Assembly (NCBI GenBank): GCA_013115145.1
Contig: JAAPAO010000006.1
Coordinates: 124,001-188,000 of the forward strand
DNA: 64,000 nt
From: Perkinsus chesapeaki ATCC PRA-425
Lineage: Eukaryota > Protista > Perkinsozoa
Reading direction: 5' to 3'
Part shown: piece after piece, positions 28,183-40,865 of the stretch
Numbering within the stretch: position 1 is the stretch's first letter
Layout of the letters: every line of letters starts with the position of its first letter
Translations under genes and position numbers: made by a program
Notes under the pieces: generated by a model
What the model was told of the DNA's origin: nothing
The model's database searches: none
Seen by the model: the letters and a program-made list of their open reading frames with translations, nothing else

Positions 28183-31100
28183 ATGGTGTTGCTCCCGTTC
28201 GGAGAGGTATCCGTTGCTGAGCTCTCGGCTTTGTCGCATTGCGTCGCCCGTGGGTACTGGCAACCACAGCGGAATTTATACAGCAGTGAATCGGTAGACG
28301 GGCTCGACCCGGTCAGTCTCCCAGGGTTGTTCGCTTGGCAGGTTCTCATCCCCCCGATCCTGGTCTCCTTCCTAGGGCAGTGGGCGTCACAGATGTTTGA
28401 GGCGCATGGGCTCAAAAACTGGAATGCATGCTTGTCAGAGATTGAGTTCATCCTCGATATAGGTGAAAGGAAGACCACTATTCCACCTCGTCGAATTTGG
28501 AACTAGGCCTGCCGTGTCTCCCACTCGGAGGTGCACCACATGAGAAGAGAGTTGCGGAGCTTTGGGGGACCATATCATTGCATGAAGCTGCTCATAAACT
28601 GATGGCTGAAAAAAGAATAGAGAAGACGAAATCGGGTAGGTATAAGAGAGCGTGCTGTGCAAGTCAGTGAGATACAGGGCAGGCTGTAGCGTTGTGGTTT
28701 CTTGTTCAGGACTCAGGGATCAAGTCAAAGGGGCTTTCAAGAGGCTGCGTATGAATCCTGCTCGCAAGCCGACTTTTTCTGATCGCCTAGCGCTTGGGAA
28801 GAATCTCAGCTCCCTGCTGGTTCGCAAAGGCTATGTTGATTGGACGTACCTATTCTCCGAGGAGTCCGTCATACATGTTCTCTTACGGAGCACCTTTCCT
28901 CCGCGCAATCATTTTCATGACAAAGCTACAATGTTTGTAACGACGCTGCACCATCTGCGCTTCTTCGGCAAACCTCTGTCTACTGTAGATTTGAAAGAAG
29001 CTCGTATACAGATTAGTGCTAGTACCAACTCACTGAGCTCAACTCAACACAGTTGTTGAACTGTGCTGAATCCTTTGTTTCCTTGTGAAGTTGCCTGTTA
29101 TCAATACGAGCCGCCTGCTCGTTGCTCATGTCCAGTAGGCAGTTATTGTATCGTGAAACTTTTATTTAGGCTATCCTTTGTCTCATGTCATGGCTCGTAT
29201 CTGGGAGTTATTCCGTTTGCGACTTGTATTTTCTCTTACTTTCCTGTATTATTCTGGCATAGCCCCTTATCGCTGCTATTGTAGTTCTCTGGCTCATTGG
29301 ATGTCAGAGTAGCAGGGTCGATACAACGTCAATTCCGAATATCGGTAACTTTTTCTTAGCTACTTTACTCAAAATCTGCTGCTTATCACTGAGGTGCTGT
29401 CTGCCCGGTATTACACTGGCAGTATAAATGGTCAATATGTTGGAGCACGCGTATAGAGAAGTCGTTCGTGATCTTTGAGATCAATTTCTTTTTCACAGAT
29501 AGTGGTTACTGGCTACAATACAATTGGCGTTGCGTTTTGGTTCAAGAACATTACAGTAGTAACTTTATCCGGAAATTTGCGAGTAGAGACTTTGGAACAG
29601 CAGTACCAAACCTGAGCGAACCGTACTGAGCCCCCTACTAGGGGACCCTTTAGTGTCATTGGCAAATTTAATATGATAACTGAGCCATTGGCTATAGTCG
29701 CGACGTTTGTAATAGTGCTCAAGTTATCGCGCACATTAGAAGTGTATCTCCGCGACGTCTCCGTATCTCTCTGACTGCCTGAGTTGTCGAGTAGTTTTCG
29801 ATGAGTAGGCGAAGTCGAGCGCACCTTCTGCTTGTCGGTGGACTGTTGGCCGTTCAGCTAGTAAGCCCTGGGCGCATGGAGCTCCTGTGCTTGCTCGATT
29901 CCGTTAAGTTACATGCTTCTTGTTATCGGACGATAACAGATTTGGATCCATACAGAGCACGCTTCTCGGAAACCCTAAACTCGTGTATTCAGGTGAATAT
30001 GACCAAGGATTCGTCCCAACGGGACAACTTGGCGAGCGCAGTAGGCCTTTTGGCAATCCTAGTTGACCAGGCTTTGGTACTCTTCTGCGGAGTGCAGCGA
30101 AGTAATGCTATGGGATGTAGCCTACATCATGTAGGGCTATTTGGCAGAGCGATAGCGTTTTCCAGACGACTTCAGCCGTTAGACGTTTTCCCTTTCGTAG
30201 ATAGTTACTTATATCAGTTGCGCCACTACGCAATGTGTATTGCGTATGCCAGCTGTGTCTCAGGAATCATAACATCAGCTTGCGTTTACATTCTGATGGG
30301 CGGCTGCTTGATATCTCTTCCGGGTTGGAATGTCGGAGTTTGGATATTTGTAATGTGGCGATTCCTCTCTTCGGTAGTAACCTACATCAAAGGCAGTTGG
30401 CGTAGTGGTCCGTTCACGACAAGTAAGGGATAGCCGGGGTCGAAGGTTGCTTGTTATAAAGCACTCATACCGTTTAAGGTAAACTTCCCTTGGAAGACAG
30501 TACGCCGGATTCGAAGTTGTCCTCTTCATATGAGGCAGACGTTTCAAAAATCTCCGATCATCTCCTGGTCGGTTGCAATAGCCCACCGACAAAGAATACG
30601 CCAGCAATAGACGTTCTGGATTTTTGCAATCAACGGTTAGTCGTATTGTTTGGATACGACCGATTAACGGCTCATGGTTCAGGCTGTTACGAGGTTTTTG
30701 GCGGGAGTTTGAGTTACCAGCAACCGGCCGTAATCTTATGTCAATTATGGAGATTGCAGGTATAGCTAAAGACGCGACGAAGTACATGGTGGCGGCTCCG
30801 GTAAGTAATGTGCGTAATAAAGTCTGATGATAAATCCTTATGGAGCCTTCGACGATGTACTAACCTTCTTGTGTAGATGAACGTTGCAGTTGTTATCGGT
30901 CCAAGTCCCGAAAGTGCCGAAGTCTTATCTCTGGTTTCTTGTTGTATAATGATTATTCGGGGAATAGCTAAAGATGGGAGGCAGGCCTTCACATCTTACG
31001 CCCTCAAGCGGTAGGTTTATTTGGCTCGGTTTCGAGAGAATAACTGTTCTTACTTACATCTCCAGGATACTCGAAATCGTCCAGTATGCCAGTTGTAAGT

Positions 31101-31850
31101 TCAGATACATTGCGCCTGTTCCTCGTCCTGAAGACATCCTTCATCCATCCTCGATTCGGCAGCTTGATCTGTTATCCACGACAGCTCAGTTTCTCACCAC
31201 GAATGAAATGAAACCTCCAAAGGAGTGGGCGGTGGCGTCTGTATCGGTTTTCAACATTCCTGATTGGCTGGGTAATGTTAACGTTAGCATTATCAATCTC
31301 TACGGTGATAAACGTTTGGTGGTCGAGCGGCAAGTCTTGCTACGCAATGAACAGAGAATGACCGCCAGTTTCAACTGGAAAGATGATGAGACGCCGATAG
31401 TTTCCGGGGAGGTACGTGCAAGCAGGCTAGGTTATTTTACATACTAGTTCTGTTCGATCTCGCGGACTAAGTGCAATACGTGATTGTATGTCTCATTCTG
31501 CTCTTCAGGTTTATGTCGTACTTGAGCGATGTGTCTCGGTCCCGGACGATCCTCGGGATCCTCGACTCCTCGGGAGCTACGGGTGCCTACTACCGGACTC
31601 GACGCACCTTCAGAAAATGCTAGCCTCAAGCTCGGGAGCGCATTACTTCGACTTGTCAGTTGATCAGTGTGATGTTTATGACCCTAGGCTCAAATCTACA
31701 GGTAAGCGCTTCCCATGTAGTAGCTCACGTGACCATTTATTCGCAACATTAAGTATTGCTTGGATGATTTTTTCCGATTCCGGCTGTACGAGCCACATTC
31801 AATGTAGGCATCTCAGGTATCTCGCTGAGCGTGCTCCTGCGACCAGTTGA
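28183..31850 (+). CDS. Large hypothetical multi-exon protein (possibly more than one gene)
   Basis: A series of plus-strand ORFs (28111-28506, 28652-29059, 29801-30433, 30974-31447, 31488-31850) with short intron-like gaps. Confidence 0.4.
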
Positions 31851-32242
31851 AGGGCTTTCTTCTGCTGCCAGGGCAATACCTTTCCCTCCGAGTCCAGAAG
31901 AGATAGGAGATTTTTTAGACTTGCCCGTTACACAGCCGACCTCTTAATGTTTGTTCCGTACGTGTTGCTCAAATTGACCTTGAGTTCCAGAGTGCGACAT
32001 CCTTATACAGTATTTATGCACGCCCGTTTCACCTAGCTTTTCTGAGGGCCCTCAGTAAGGACCCTGCACTTCCTGAACTGAAGAAGCTTTTGAACTGAAC
32101 CTCTCCGAGCCTCGATTTACGTTAGTATATCTGAACTGGATTCCAACATGAGGAGACCTGTGAAATACGAAACGGTCGCTGTTAAGTCGATGATGCTGGG
32201 GCGAGCGCGAAAGTAAAATGTTATCTCGTTGCATAAGGGATC

Positions 32243-32348
32243 GTTCAATTAACCGATTTTGAAATTCAGAATCTATTCCAGAACTGCTTTTAACACGTAA
32301 AATGCGATGCTGGAATCGATTCTGAATCTCAGAATTGGTTTAATGAAC
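32243..32348. repeat. Long inverted repeat / foldback (about 106 nt)
   Basis: AACCGATTTTGAAATTCAGAATCTATTCCAG pairs with CTGGAATCGATTCTGAATCTCAGAATTGGTT over 31 bp (2 G-U, 2 mismatches) around a 28-nt loop. Confidence 0.85.
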
Positions 32349-33223
32349 ATTGGGTAAGTGTTCCCGGCCGGTCATTGATTGAAAGTTAGACTTAGTTGAA
32401 TGACCTTTTACTATTATTAAGATTACGTCACCGCTTTCGGATCTCGGAGATTCAATCTCTCCGTTACGCCGTAGGCCACGTACACTCGATCATGCGCCGC
32501 GCGGACTCAACCCGTACATGTTGAGATATATTAAGATCTCATTAACCAGGAACTCGCCGAGCTAGGAGATGTCAAATAACTGAGACTTCGAATGCATGGG
32601 AATGACTGAGGAACACTCAGCTTAGCTGCGAACAAAACATATCATGTTAGGTAAATGTTGCAGTTTTTATTATCTCAAGTCCCAAAAGAGTCGAAGTCGT
32701 ATCTCTGGTTTCCTGCTTTATAATGATTACTCGGGGAATGGCTGAAGATCGAAGACATCCTTCTACGTGTCTTAGACGGAAGAGCGTTTAGAGGGACGGC
32801 TATTGTAGTATCACAACCTACTGGACCTAGCATATTTTGTTGCCCGTTCAATCTCGCTATCCAAAGAAATCCACGAGTCAGGCTCGCCAGAATCTGACTG
32901 AATGGCTTCCTAGCATCCTGAAACTCGGAAACTTCCCTCTGTGTGACTTCATTGTGGCGTCGGATATATATGCAAATGGGGCCACTCGCTCACACTTTAA
33001 ACCCTCCAGCCAAAATATAGTCTCAACGGCTCACTGCACAGGCCTTGCAAATCGCATTGCTACCTACAAACGCCCTGTATGGACTTCTAGTTGGTGACAA
33101 TTCATGCTTTTTAGCTGAGATTCCTTGATGTGACGGCTACGTCTTCAGCTGTACATTGGCTGTTGCGTTCGATCAGTGATCTATCGAACACTTCCCACCA
33201 GAGCTAGCTTTTTCGAGCTCCTA

Positions 33224-33879
33224 ATGGCGTATTCGGACGATGAGGAGATGTCCGATGAAGAGCATCAGCGGCCGATGGTAGTAATCGGGGAATCACGGTG
33301 TTGGGGACGCCAATGGGCTCAGGTCACGTCGATGATACCGGATACGCTTAACAACCATCAACTACGGTGTTGTCTAAGGTCTAGCGTGACCTAGTGAAAC
33401 GGATTCAAATGTGTGTCTCCTGACAGATGCCACATTATCCTCTCGGTGTCTCAATTCGTAAGACACGGCTGTCCAAACTGCCAGGATATTGATATGGAGG
33501 GAGACAAGACCCTAGTAGAGGATTACACTACCAAGAACTTTTCTGGGTACGCATATTCTACTGGGGATTGCAGTCGCGCGAGTCAAGCTGATAAGCGTTG
33601 ACATAAATAATATCGCTCAACGCCGGCGCGGTCGAACTAGCTGCTTTCAGTGGCGTGTCGGTCATGAATCCGTCAAGGAGCTGGGTAGCACGACAACTGA
33701 AACTAAGTAGGTCGCAAAATTAGCTTTTTCGAGTCATGTACTCTCAGGTACCTTTTGCGCGGGTATGTATGCAGTTGCGGCTCAAGGTGATGGGGAGGCT
33801 CAAGGGTAATATCCGCTTTACTAGTGGGTAATATTCTCTTCTCAGTGACTACGATGACGAGTATGAAGAAGACTACTGA
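33224..33879 (+). CDS. SPT4: Transcription elongation factor Spt4
   Basis: LRCCLR|CHIILSVSQFVRHGCPNCQDIDMEGD...YTTKNFSG|VSVMNPSRSWVARQLKL|...GMYAVA is the Spt4 zinc-finger and NGN-binding signature. Confidence 0.93.
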
Positions 33880-34043
33880 AATGAACGTTGGTTTAAAAAA
33901 GCATGCTGTTGCGTTACTGATGGTAGTAATTTTGCAACTAGCAGAATTCCCGTTGCTCTTCTCGGGGGAATTTCGTAACAGAGACCGGCTGAGTTCGATA
34001 TTGCTTATGTGATATGTCGTTTTAGTGTTTCATGCCTCCGTAA

Positions 34044-35135
34044 ATGTCATCAATTGCTCATCCCTCTTCTCATCATCGAGGAGGCCTATTTTGCTTTTGT
34101 GTTTTAATGGGAGCGTCTTTGACGCTGCTGGCCGTTTGCAGACACTACTCGTGGTTCGATCGCTCGATCCTCGATGGTCGAGCCGAGGCATGGAAGCAAC
34201 GGTGGCGAAGTGAAGGTGATATGCTCGGTGTAGCGAGTCAGGACGACACCCCATGGTGGTCTGACCTGGCTGTTTTCATACTTGGTCTGCTGCTCTGCTT
34301 ATGGTCCTTACGAATCTCTGCAGTATCAGAGACCGTTCATCGGGCACAGTACACTGTGCCTCCGGAAGTTATCGGCAACCCCCTGGAGGACGATCCCTCT
34401 CACGATGGATATTATGACCAAAAGGTGAAGCCTTCGTGGAGCTCTAATCAATCAATGATTGCTCTTTGGCTACTGGTGGTCATACCTGTGTCTCAGTCTC
34501 TAACATTACCGTGCCTTGTACGCTTTCTGCCGGTGGGTCTCACAATGCATTTCCTCTACCTTCTGGTTTGCTGCTGGATTTGGTTCCGTTCCTATAGTGG
34601 CTGCTGTGGCGGAGTGGTGCCGGTTCTGTGTGCTATAATAGCGTGGCTGGCCTTCTCGGTTGTCCCATGCCTCCCCTCTCCAAGGAGCTTGTGTGTTGCT
34701 CTCTTGGCCGCCGGGAGCGTGGCGATGATCGCCCTGGGCCAGCTTGAAGCCCTCAGCGTCTGCTGCTCTGGCCCGTTACCGGCCGATTATACTCAACCGG
34801 CTCTCACCGTATCAGCGTTGATGGTCCTTGGCTTGGCTGCTGCCACATTTTACGCTTATAACCAAATCTTGCCCTTACAAAATGCTCTCATGGGCAAAGA
34901 AGGCCTCCTAGTTCAGATTGAGGTTTGTTTCACAGTGTCCGTGAATGCTGTTGTAGTTCTTGCCTATTTAATAGCAATCCTTCGATCCCCGACGTGGAGC
35001 CCTCCGCCCACGGGCCCAAGCAAGACTGTCAACATAGAGATGGGCGCTCTTGAAGACCCTGGCACGGACTGGGATTCTGGAAGTGATTCTGGTTCGTCCT
35101 CAGATGAGGATATTAAACACTTTTCTGTAGAATAG
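34044..35135 (+). CDS. Hypothetical polytopic membrane protein (363-aa ORF)
   Basis: Long open frame with about 7-8 hydrophobic segments and an acidic Ser-rich tail. Confidence 0.6.
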   Translation: MSSIAHPSSHHRGGLFCFCVLMGASLTLLAVCRHYSWFDRSILDGRAEAWKQRWRSEGDMLGVASQDDTPWWSDLAVFILGLLLCLWSLRISAVSETVHRAQYTVPPEVIGNPLEDDPSHDGYYDQKVKPSWSSNQSMIALWLLVVIPVSQSLTLPCLVRFLPVGLTMHFLYLLVCCWIWFRSYSGCCGGVVPVLCAIIAWLAFSVVPCLPSPRSLCVALLAAGSVAMIALGQLEALSVCCSGPLPADYTQPALTVSALMVLGLAAATFYAYNQILPLQNALMGKEGLLVQIEVCFTVSVNAVVVLAYLIAILRSPTWSPPPTGPSKTVNIEMGALEDPGTDWDSGSDSGSSSDEDIKHFSVE

Positions 35136-35254
35136 GAATGAAGCCAACAGTTGACTAATATTTGTACTATCTTAGACCGCTACTCGCTGTTGCGCTGCGT
35201 TTAGGGTTCCACTTTCGGACTTGCTGCTTCCAGTGACAATTTCTCAGCCATCGG

Positions 35255-36170
35255 ATGCTGCATACTCCCAGGCGATCTCAATCGCTATCGACCTCGTCAT
35301 CCTCATCTTCGGGCTCCTCATGCTCTTCGAGTAACGTTGATGTAAGCGTTCTCGGAGCAGCTGCGGCTGCAGCCACTGGGGTGGGCTCAAATAAAGGCCG
35401 AAGTATGATCGGCAGTCGGGACATCGAGGATGGACCGTCCGAAGATGGTGTGCTGGATAGAGAATGGCCCGCAGAAGGCGAGGTAATCAAACTGGAACGC
35501 GTCCTGGAATGATAGTGTACTATGTTAGACGGTTCAATTATGTGGATTAACCAGTTTTCCATGGATGAACGGTGAACATGGTACTGTGGTGGGGTATGAC
35601 ATGCAGCATAACAGGTAGTACCCGGAGGGTAGGCTTGGCTTCCGATGAGAGTAACAAGGTACGCTATAAAGCTCCAAGATGGAGCCATTAAATCGGTCCG
35701 CTTGTTCAATCTGCGACGACCAAAGAGTATCGGGGCAAGGAACGGTAATGAAGGCGCTTCACCGAATGATGATGAGGCAGAAGAAGACTTCTCCTGGATG
35801 CAAAATTACGGATCACAGACGCCACCTCCACCTCCACCGAGTATCAATTATGCTGCAGCTAATAGCCGCAGACCTTCCTTTGCTAACTCGTCCACTCCAA
35901 GCACAGTGTCAAGGCTTGGGGAATTTGTCAGAGACGAGATGTCGGCGCTCGCAGACTTAGCTGGGGACATCCGGAATCGAGGAATTACGGGAGTTATGAA
36001 GGACGCGGTGGCCGAAGCAAAGGATATCGTATCCAATCAGGTGCGTTAAGATCGTGTTTGAGATATTTACTCGCGAGCGCCAGGTTGGGCCGAGACTGCC
36101 GACAGGCTTTCGTGCTGGCAGGCAGGAGGAGCAACCGGTGCCGAAGAGTCGATGGAGCAGAGCCTTGAGG
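35255..36170 (+). CDS. Hypothetical low-complexity protein
   Basis: ORFs 35255-35512 and 35645-36049 with poly-Ser, poly-Ala and poly-Pro tracts and intron-like gaps. Confidence 0.45.
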
Positions 36171-36213
36171 TGAGCTCGTTCCCAAAGGCTGAACAACGTC
36201 ACTCTGCCTATAG

Positions 36214-36732
36214 GTGGTCACAACCGGGTATACTGACATATTTGTTATTTTTAATACTGTCACCAATGGTGCCGAGGTTTGTCGTGAACAGCGTCACTGC
36301 CACAACTATTGGGTGAGCGTGTTGTTGGTTGTTTACTATATTTCATTCGTCTTTACAGGCTATTGTTATCATTGCTACTGGGATGTAATTGCTTGCCTCT
36401 TCCAAGGTTGCTAAAAGTTGTTATATTATTATGCTGGATTATCGGTGTTGTGGGTTATGCGATATATGAGGAACAAGTTGCTCGTGGAGGTCTCACGATA
36501 CCATCTATGGCCAGACCATCCAGGTTCGTTTGATAGCAAATTCCCTCCTATCTGTTGTGTTCCGAGTCTCGTGTCTGGATGTAAAGCTCTAACACGTAGA
36601 ACAATCGCCGTGTGCTGGCCACAGTTATTGGTCATAATGAAACCGAAAATTGGGAGAACGCAAATCAGACTTTATTCGACAAAGACAAGAAATGCACGTA
36701 GGCGACATTGGTCAATGAGTATCAAAACCTAG
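36214..36732 (+). CDS. Hypothetical small membrane protein
   Basis: Short exons with a hydrophobic segment (VVILLCWIIGVVGYAIY). Confidence 0.3.
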
Positions 36733-36899
36733 CAGTTACTGGGTGTACCTACAGTAGTACGTTGCAAAACAACTAAAAACGGTTTAAAACAACATACTGA
36801 TCGAACTCTATGGACAGGCAAGGCTAATGGTAGCTTGATCCGCGACCCCTCCTGGGCTTCCGCGACTTGCAGTATGTCATCGAGACGCTGCTGTAACTC

Positions 36900-38620
36900 A
36901 TTTTTGTACCTAAAAAATTGATTTTAGATTTGAGATCGTGGGAAACTACCATCTCATTTCTTCTCCCAATTGCCGCATGATGTTTTTGTGTACATCTCTT
37001 AGTTGTTGATTGTGCACGAGAGGGGCGGACTGTAGCGCTTGATTATCTAATGCCAGATGACGACAGGACGTTGACATCTCCCTCGCATCAGCCAGTGCGG
37101 GTTTCCTAACCGCTGTTGTTTCTAATAGTCTTCTCCCTTCTTCGTGTCCTGATCCATAACATAGTCTCACATCCAGGAGAGACTGAAGGCTACCCCGTAG
37201 GCCAGGAAAAAGTTTAGACAACTCGTTCCCCAAGTCGGACCCCTCCGGCAGATCTCGTACGGTCTTAGTGAGAGGGACTGCTGCTCACCAACTGTAAGCT
37301 TCTGTTCATTACCCTTGGGCGAACAGTGAATGCTTTTAGCCTGCTAGACTTTAGCCGCCTCTGTTTTGGGTGCGGGGGAGGCTAATGATTAAATAGGCTT
37401 CAATATTGAATATTGAATATTCCATTCTAGTCCGCGCTACTCTCAGCTTCACTCGGTTTCGTATCTCTGATGGGATCAGAACGTTTTGAATGACATCCAT
37501 GGTGTATCCGGGTTCGGTCAAGAACGTCTCCGTCGGTTGGCTCGCTTCCTGAAATCGACATGGCGCTGTGTGTTGGTGGTGAGCGTGTCCTGAGCGTGCT
37601 TAGCCTACTACTGCTGGAGTTGTCCTAGTGTAGTGTGCAAGGGCATCGGTAGCCGTCAAGCTCTTCCCTGGTTTTAAATCGGCTTAACACTGCTTTGGTG
37701 GTAGCTCGCACTCACTGGTCTCATCCAATTGGCTGCGCAATCGTTGAATTGCAGCGGCTCTCGTTCTCTTACTCTTTTCCTGAGAAAAGCGAGTAGTAGC
37801 GAATAACTTTGGGTTCGACCAGTATTAGTCGCACGCAGAGCTTTTGTTCCTTTTGAAGACGTTCGTGCAGTAGAAGTTTTTGCTGGTTTCTTTCCTCCTG
37901 GCGCCTAGCTTGTTTAGACTCAACTTTGAGCCTACGAGTAAACTAGCTGAGCCTCCATAAGCAACACGAATGTCAGGCGTGAGCCCCACCTTTGCTGCTT
38001 CAGCGCGCGTTCTTCCTGTTGTTTCCGTCTACTATCCTTTTCGCGCCTCTGGCGCATATTACGCAAAAACCTGCTCGAGTCGGGTCTAATAGTCTAGAGT
38101 GAAGTTACTTCGGTTCTACTTACTCCGGCTGTCGTTGGTGCGAATCTACTCGCCTCGGAGAGGGTATCCGGTGAAGTTCGGGATTCCTGCAGCGGTGCAG
38201 GAAATATTACTGTTATCCCCAAGATTTGGTACTCTGACGAGCTTACGATCCTAGCATGTCTCCCGACTCGTCCAGTAGTCGAGTCAGAGAATCTACAGCG
38301 CTTCTTGCGAGAGCGCCTGGTGACCCGCTCCTGGCCGAAAATTGTGAATCCTCGGTGGCATCAGATGGCCGGTGAATGGTTCCTCGCCAGTTTCTTGGGT
38401 TGTTGAACCGTGGTAGCGTGTGGGTGGCACGTCGATCTGACATAGGTTTCAGTCAGTCGATGTTCGGGACTCAAGGTTCACGTCTCTGGAGTCTCACCAA
38501 AATCTCGTTGACTCCGTTGATCAGGTATGTACTGCGAGGTAGAAGAGAAGTTTGTGACTACTCCAGGGGAAGTGAAACGGGAGGCAAATGAGCGCCAACC
38601 ACTCGACATGTTACGTGAGA
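36900..38620 (-). CDS. One or two hypothetical minus-strand genes
   Basis: Open minus-strand frames (MDVIQNVLIPSEIRNRVKL; ORFs 36946-37233 and 38243-38443). Structure unresolved. Confidence 0.3.
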
Positions 38621-38715
38621 CAATTCTTGCATATCGCTGTACAATTACTAGCACACAACAAGGACGTTATGCATCGCACGCAATAGCAATAGTACAACAG
38701 CATGACGACGAGTTT

Positions 38716-40283
38716 TCAAAGCATGAGCAAAAACTTGATGTCGTCATATCGGGCGAGATCTAGAGGAGCGTTGCCTTTCTCATCTGGCAAGAGAAATGCT
38801 CGGCCAAGTGGATTGAGTGTGATCTCACCTTTCAAGTACTTATCGGCACCTCTTTCGAGAAGCTCCTGCACAACTTCAACGGCGGCTGCTAGTTTCTTCT
38901 GTCCAGCTGCGGAAGTAGCTGAACCCGATACTGATGCCTGACACTCAAGAGTGAGGCAAGACGGGTATTCTCACACGCACCGCTTGATGGAGAGCCGTGA
39001 GCCCGTATCGGTTCTGGACATCAGGGTCAGCCTTAGCGTCGAGAAGAAGCGATACTATGTCGCGATTCCCTTGCTGAGCAGCATAATGTAGCGCAGTGTC
39101 ACCGTACCTTAGCGAATTCAATTATTCCATACGATGTATGAGACAGCCTGGCCCGGAACTAGATGGCAAACTTACGCATTTATCTGCTTCACAAGCTCAG
39201 GCCAATTTTCTTCCCCAGCCTTCCGAAGGATTTCTCGCACCTGCATTGCATGGAAGACCAATCAACCAACCAACAAGCAATGCAACTGCCACCTTCTCGT
39301 CTTCACTCCTAACACATGCATACATCAGCGGTGAGATGCTCATCATGCCCTGTTCTTCTGCTTCCGGGGCTTTACGTGTTACTGTCTTAATCACACCGTC
39401 ACCAGCCTGACGATTTCCACAAAATATAGGGAAGTTGATTCCCATGGAATAAGCCAAACAACATAAGTATGCGTATAGGTGGGACACCCCAGTCTTACAG
39501 CATCATCTTCTGGGTTATGTTCGGTTATACTGACCACCGAGAATTTTGCTGCTTTTTTCGTCTCTCGTAACATTCTAACCGATAAGCACTCTCAGCGGGT
39601 AAACTAGATCCACGAGATTTACCTCCTGATCTCGGCGTCTTTGGCCAAGGCATAAGGGGCCTTGCCCTTATCTGTAGTTAGTTCACGATCGGCTCCGCTT
39701 TCGAGAAGAAGCTTTACTATGTCTGTGTGTCCGAGCTATGGAGCACAAAACTCCCGGGCTGGGTAGTGTTTTGCTTCTCACTTGAGCTGCATGGTGGAGT
39801 GCGGTTTGACCGAAATCGTTTTGGATATCCACTTCCGCACTGTGAGCAATGAGCTCTTCCACAACTTTCTTCAAGCCTGTCAAGGCTGAGTTATGTAGGT
39901 GCAGAGCGCAGGCGATGCTATACCTCCTTGCACACCGTAGTGTAGTGCGGTGTCTCCGTAGGCGTTCTTCAAATTGATGTCGATGTCTTTGTTCCTGGAA
40001 AACCGCATCCACACGACGCCACTCGTACAGCCGCTTAACTGCAGGAGTTCCCGAACCATCTTCTCATCCTTCTTAACACACGCGTATTGCAGGGGACTAT
40101 AAGAACTAGAAAACGAGCCCACTGCCCTTCGCTGATCACTGTATAACTGGCGGCCCGAAGGCCCGGAAATGGAAGGTTCCTGAGCAAGGGAGTTCTCGAA
40201 GTGGGCGCGGAACTGCAGGACTAACCCGTGCGTCGTGACCGATTCGGTCTTCTGGTGCGATCATGACTTTTCTTATCGGTGCC
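38716..40283 (-). CDS. Ankyrin-repeat protein (paralog C)
   Basis: SPLQYACVKKDEKMVRELL, KNAYGDTALHY, NDFGQTALHHAAQ, LGHTDIVKLLLESGAD and a terminal GNAPLDLA repeat. Confidence 0.8.
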
Positions 40284-40389
40284 TTGCTTTCTTCTGACAT
40301 GTTCGAAGGTAGCATACCTGATGCTTCACCGAATGAACGAACCAGAGACAAGGTTTAGGACCTTCCGGCAACATTCCTCGCTTCTGCTT

Positions 40390-40846
40390 TTTATCCCACA
40401 GGGCCCCATAATCTAAGATTCGATCTGTATGAGCAGCGTGGCTGTATTGCCGAAACCTTTAAGTGTAGCAAAGATCTCAGGGCTCCCCTTAGCAGCGTGA
40501 TCGATAGGAAATTGTCCAAACTGGTTTTGCGCATGAACGTCCGCGTCATGTTGGAGCAAGGTCTCAACCATTTCAATATCCTGGCCTGACCAAGTAACCC
40601 GTGTGCTAACGTTGGTTTCCCACAATCACCTTTGCAAGCGTAGTGCAGAGCCGTGTCGCCATATACATTCCTAACCCTAACTTGGGCAGGATCGGTTCGG
40701 ATGATTTGCTAAGAGAACGATATGGAGAAGATTAGAATCTCGTTTAACTCACCCTAACAGCTACCAAATCTTTCCTAGTGCACGCATACATGAGATCAGT
40801 AAACTCACTGACCCCCGCAGCTTCGTCAACACCATTGCGAAGCATG
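40390..40846 (-). CDS. Short ankyrin-repeat protein (paralog B)
   Basis: RNVYGDTALHYACKG and EMVETLLQHDADVHAQNQFGQFPIDHAA. Ends approximate. Confidence 0.65.
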
Positions 40847-40865
40847 TCGCCGCTATATTTTCTCC

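Noticed and set aside
37585-37615. GAGCGTG repeats resembling U3 box B
   Set aside because: Other U3 boxes are absent, and the region reads better as minus-strand coding sequence.
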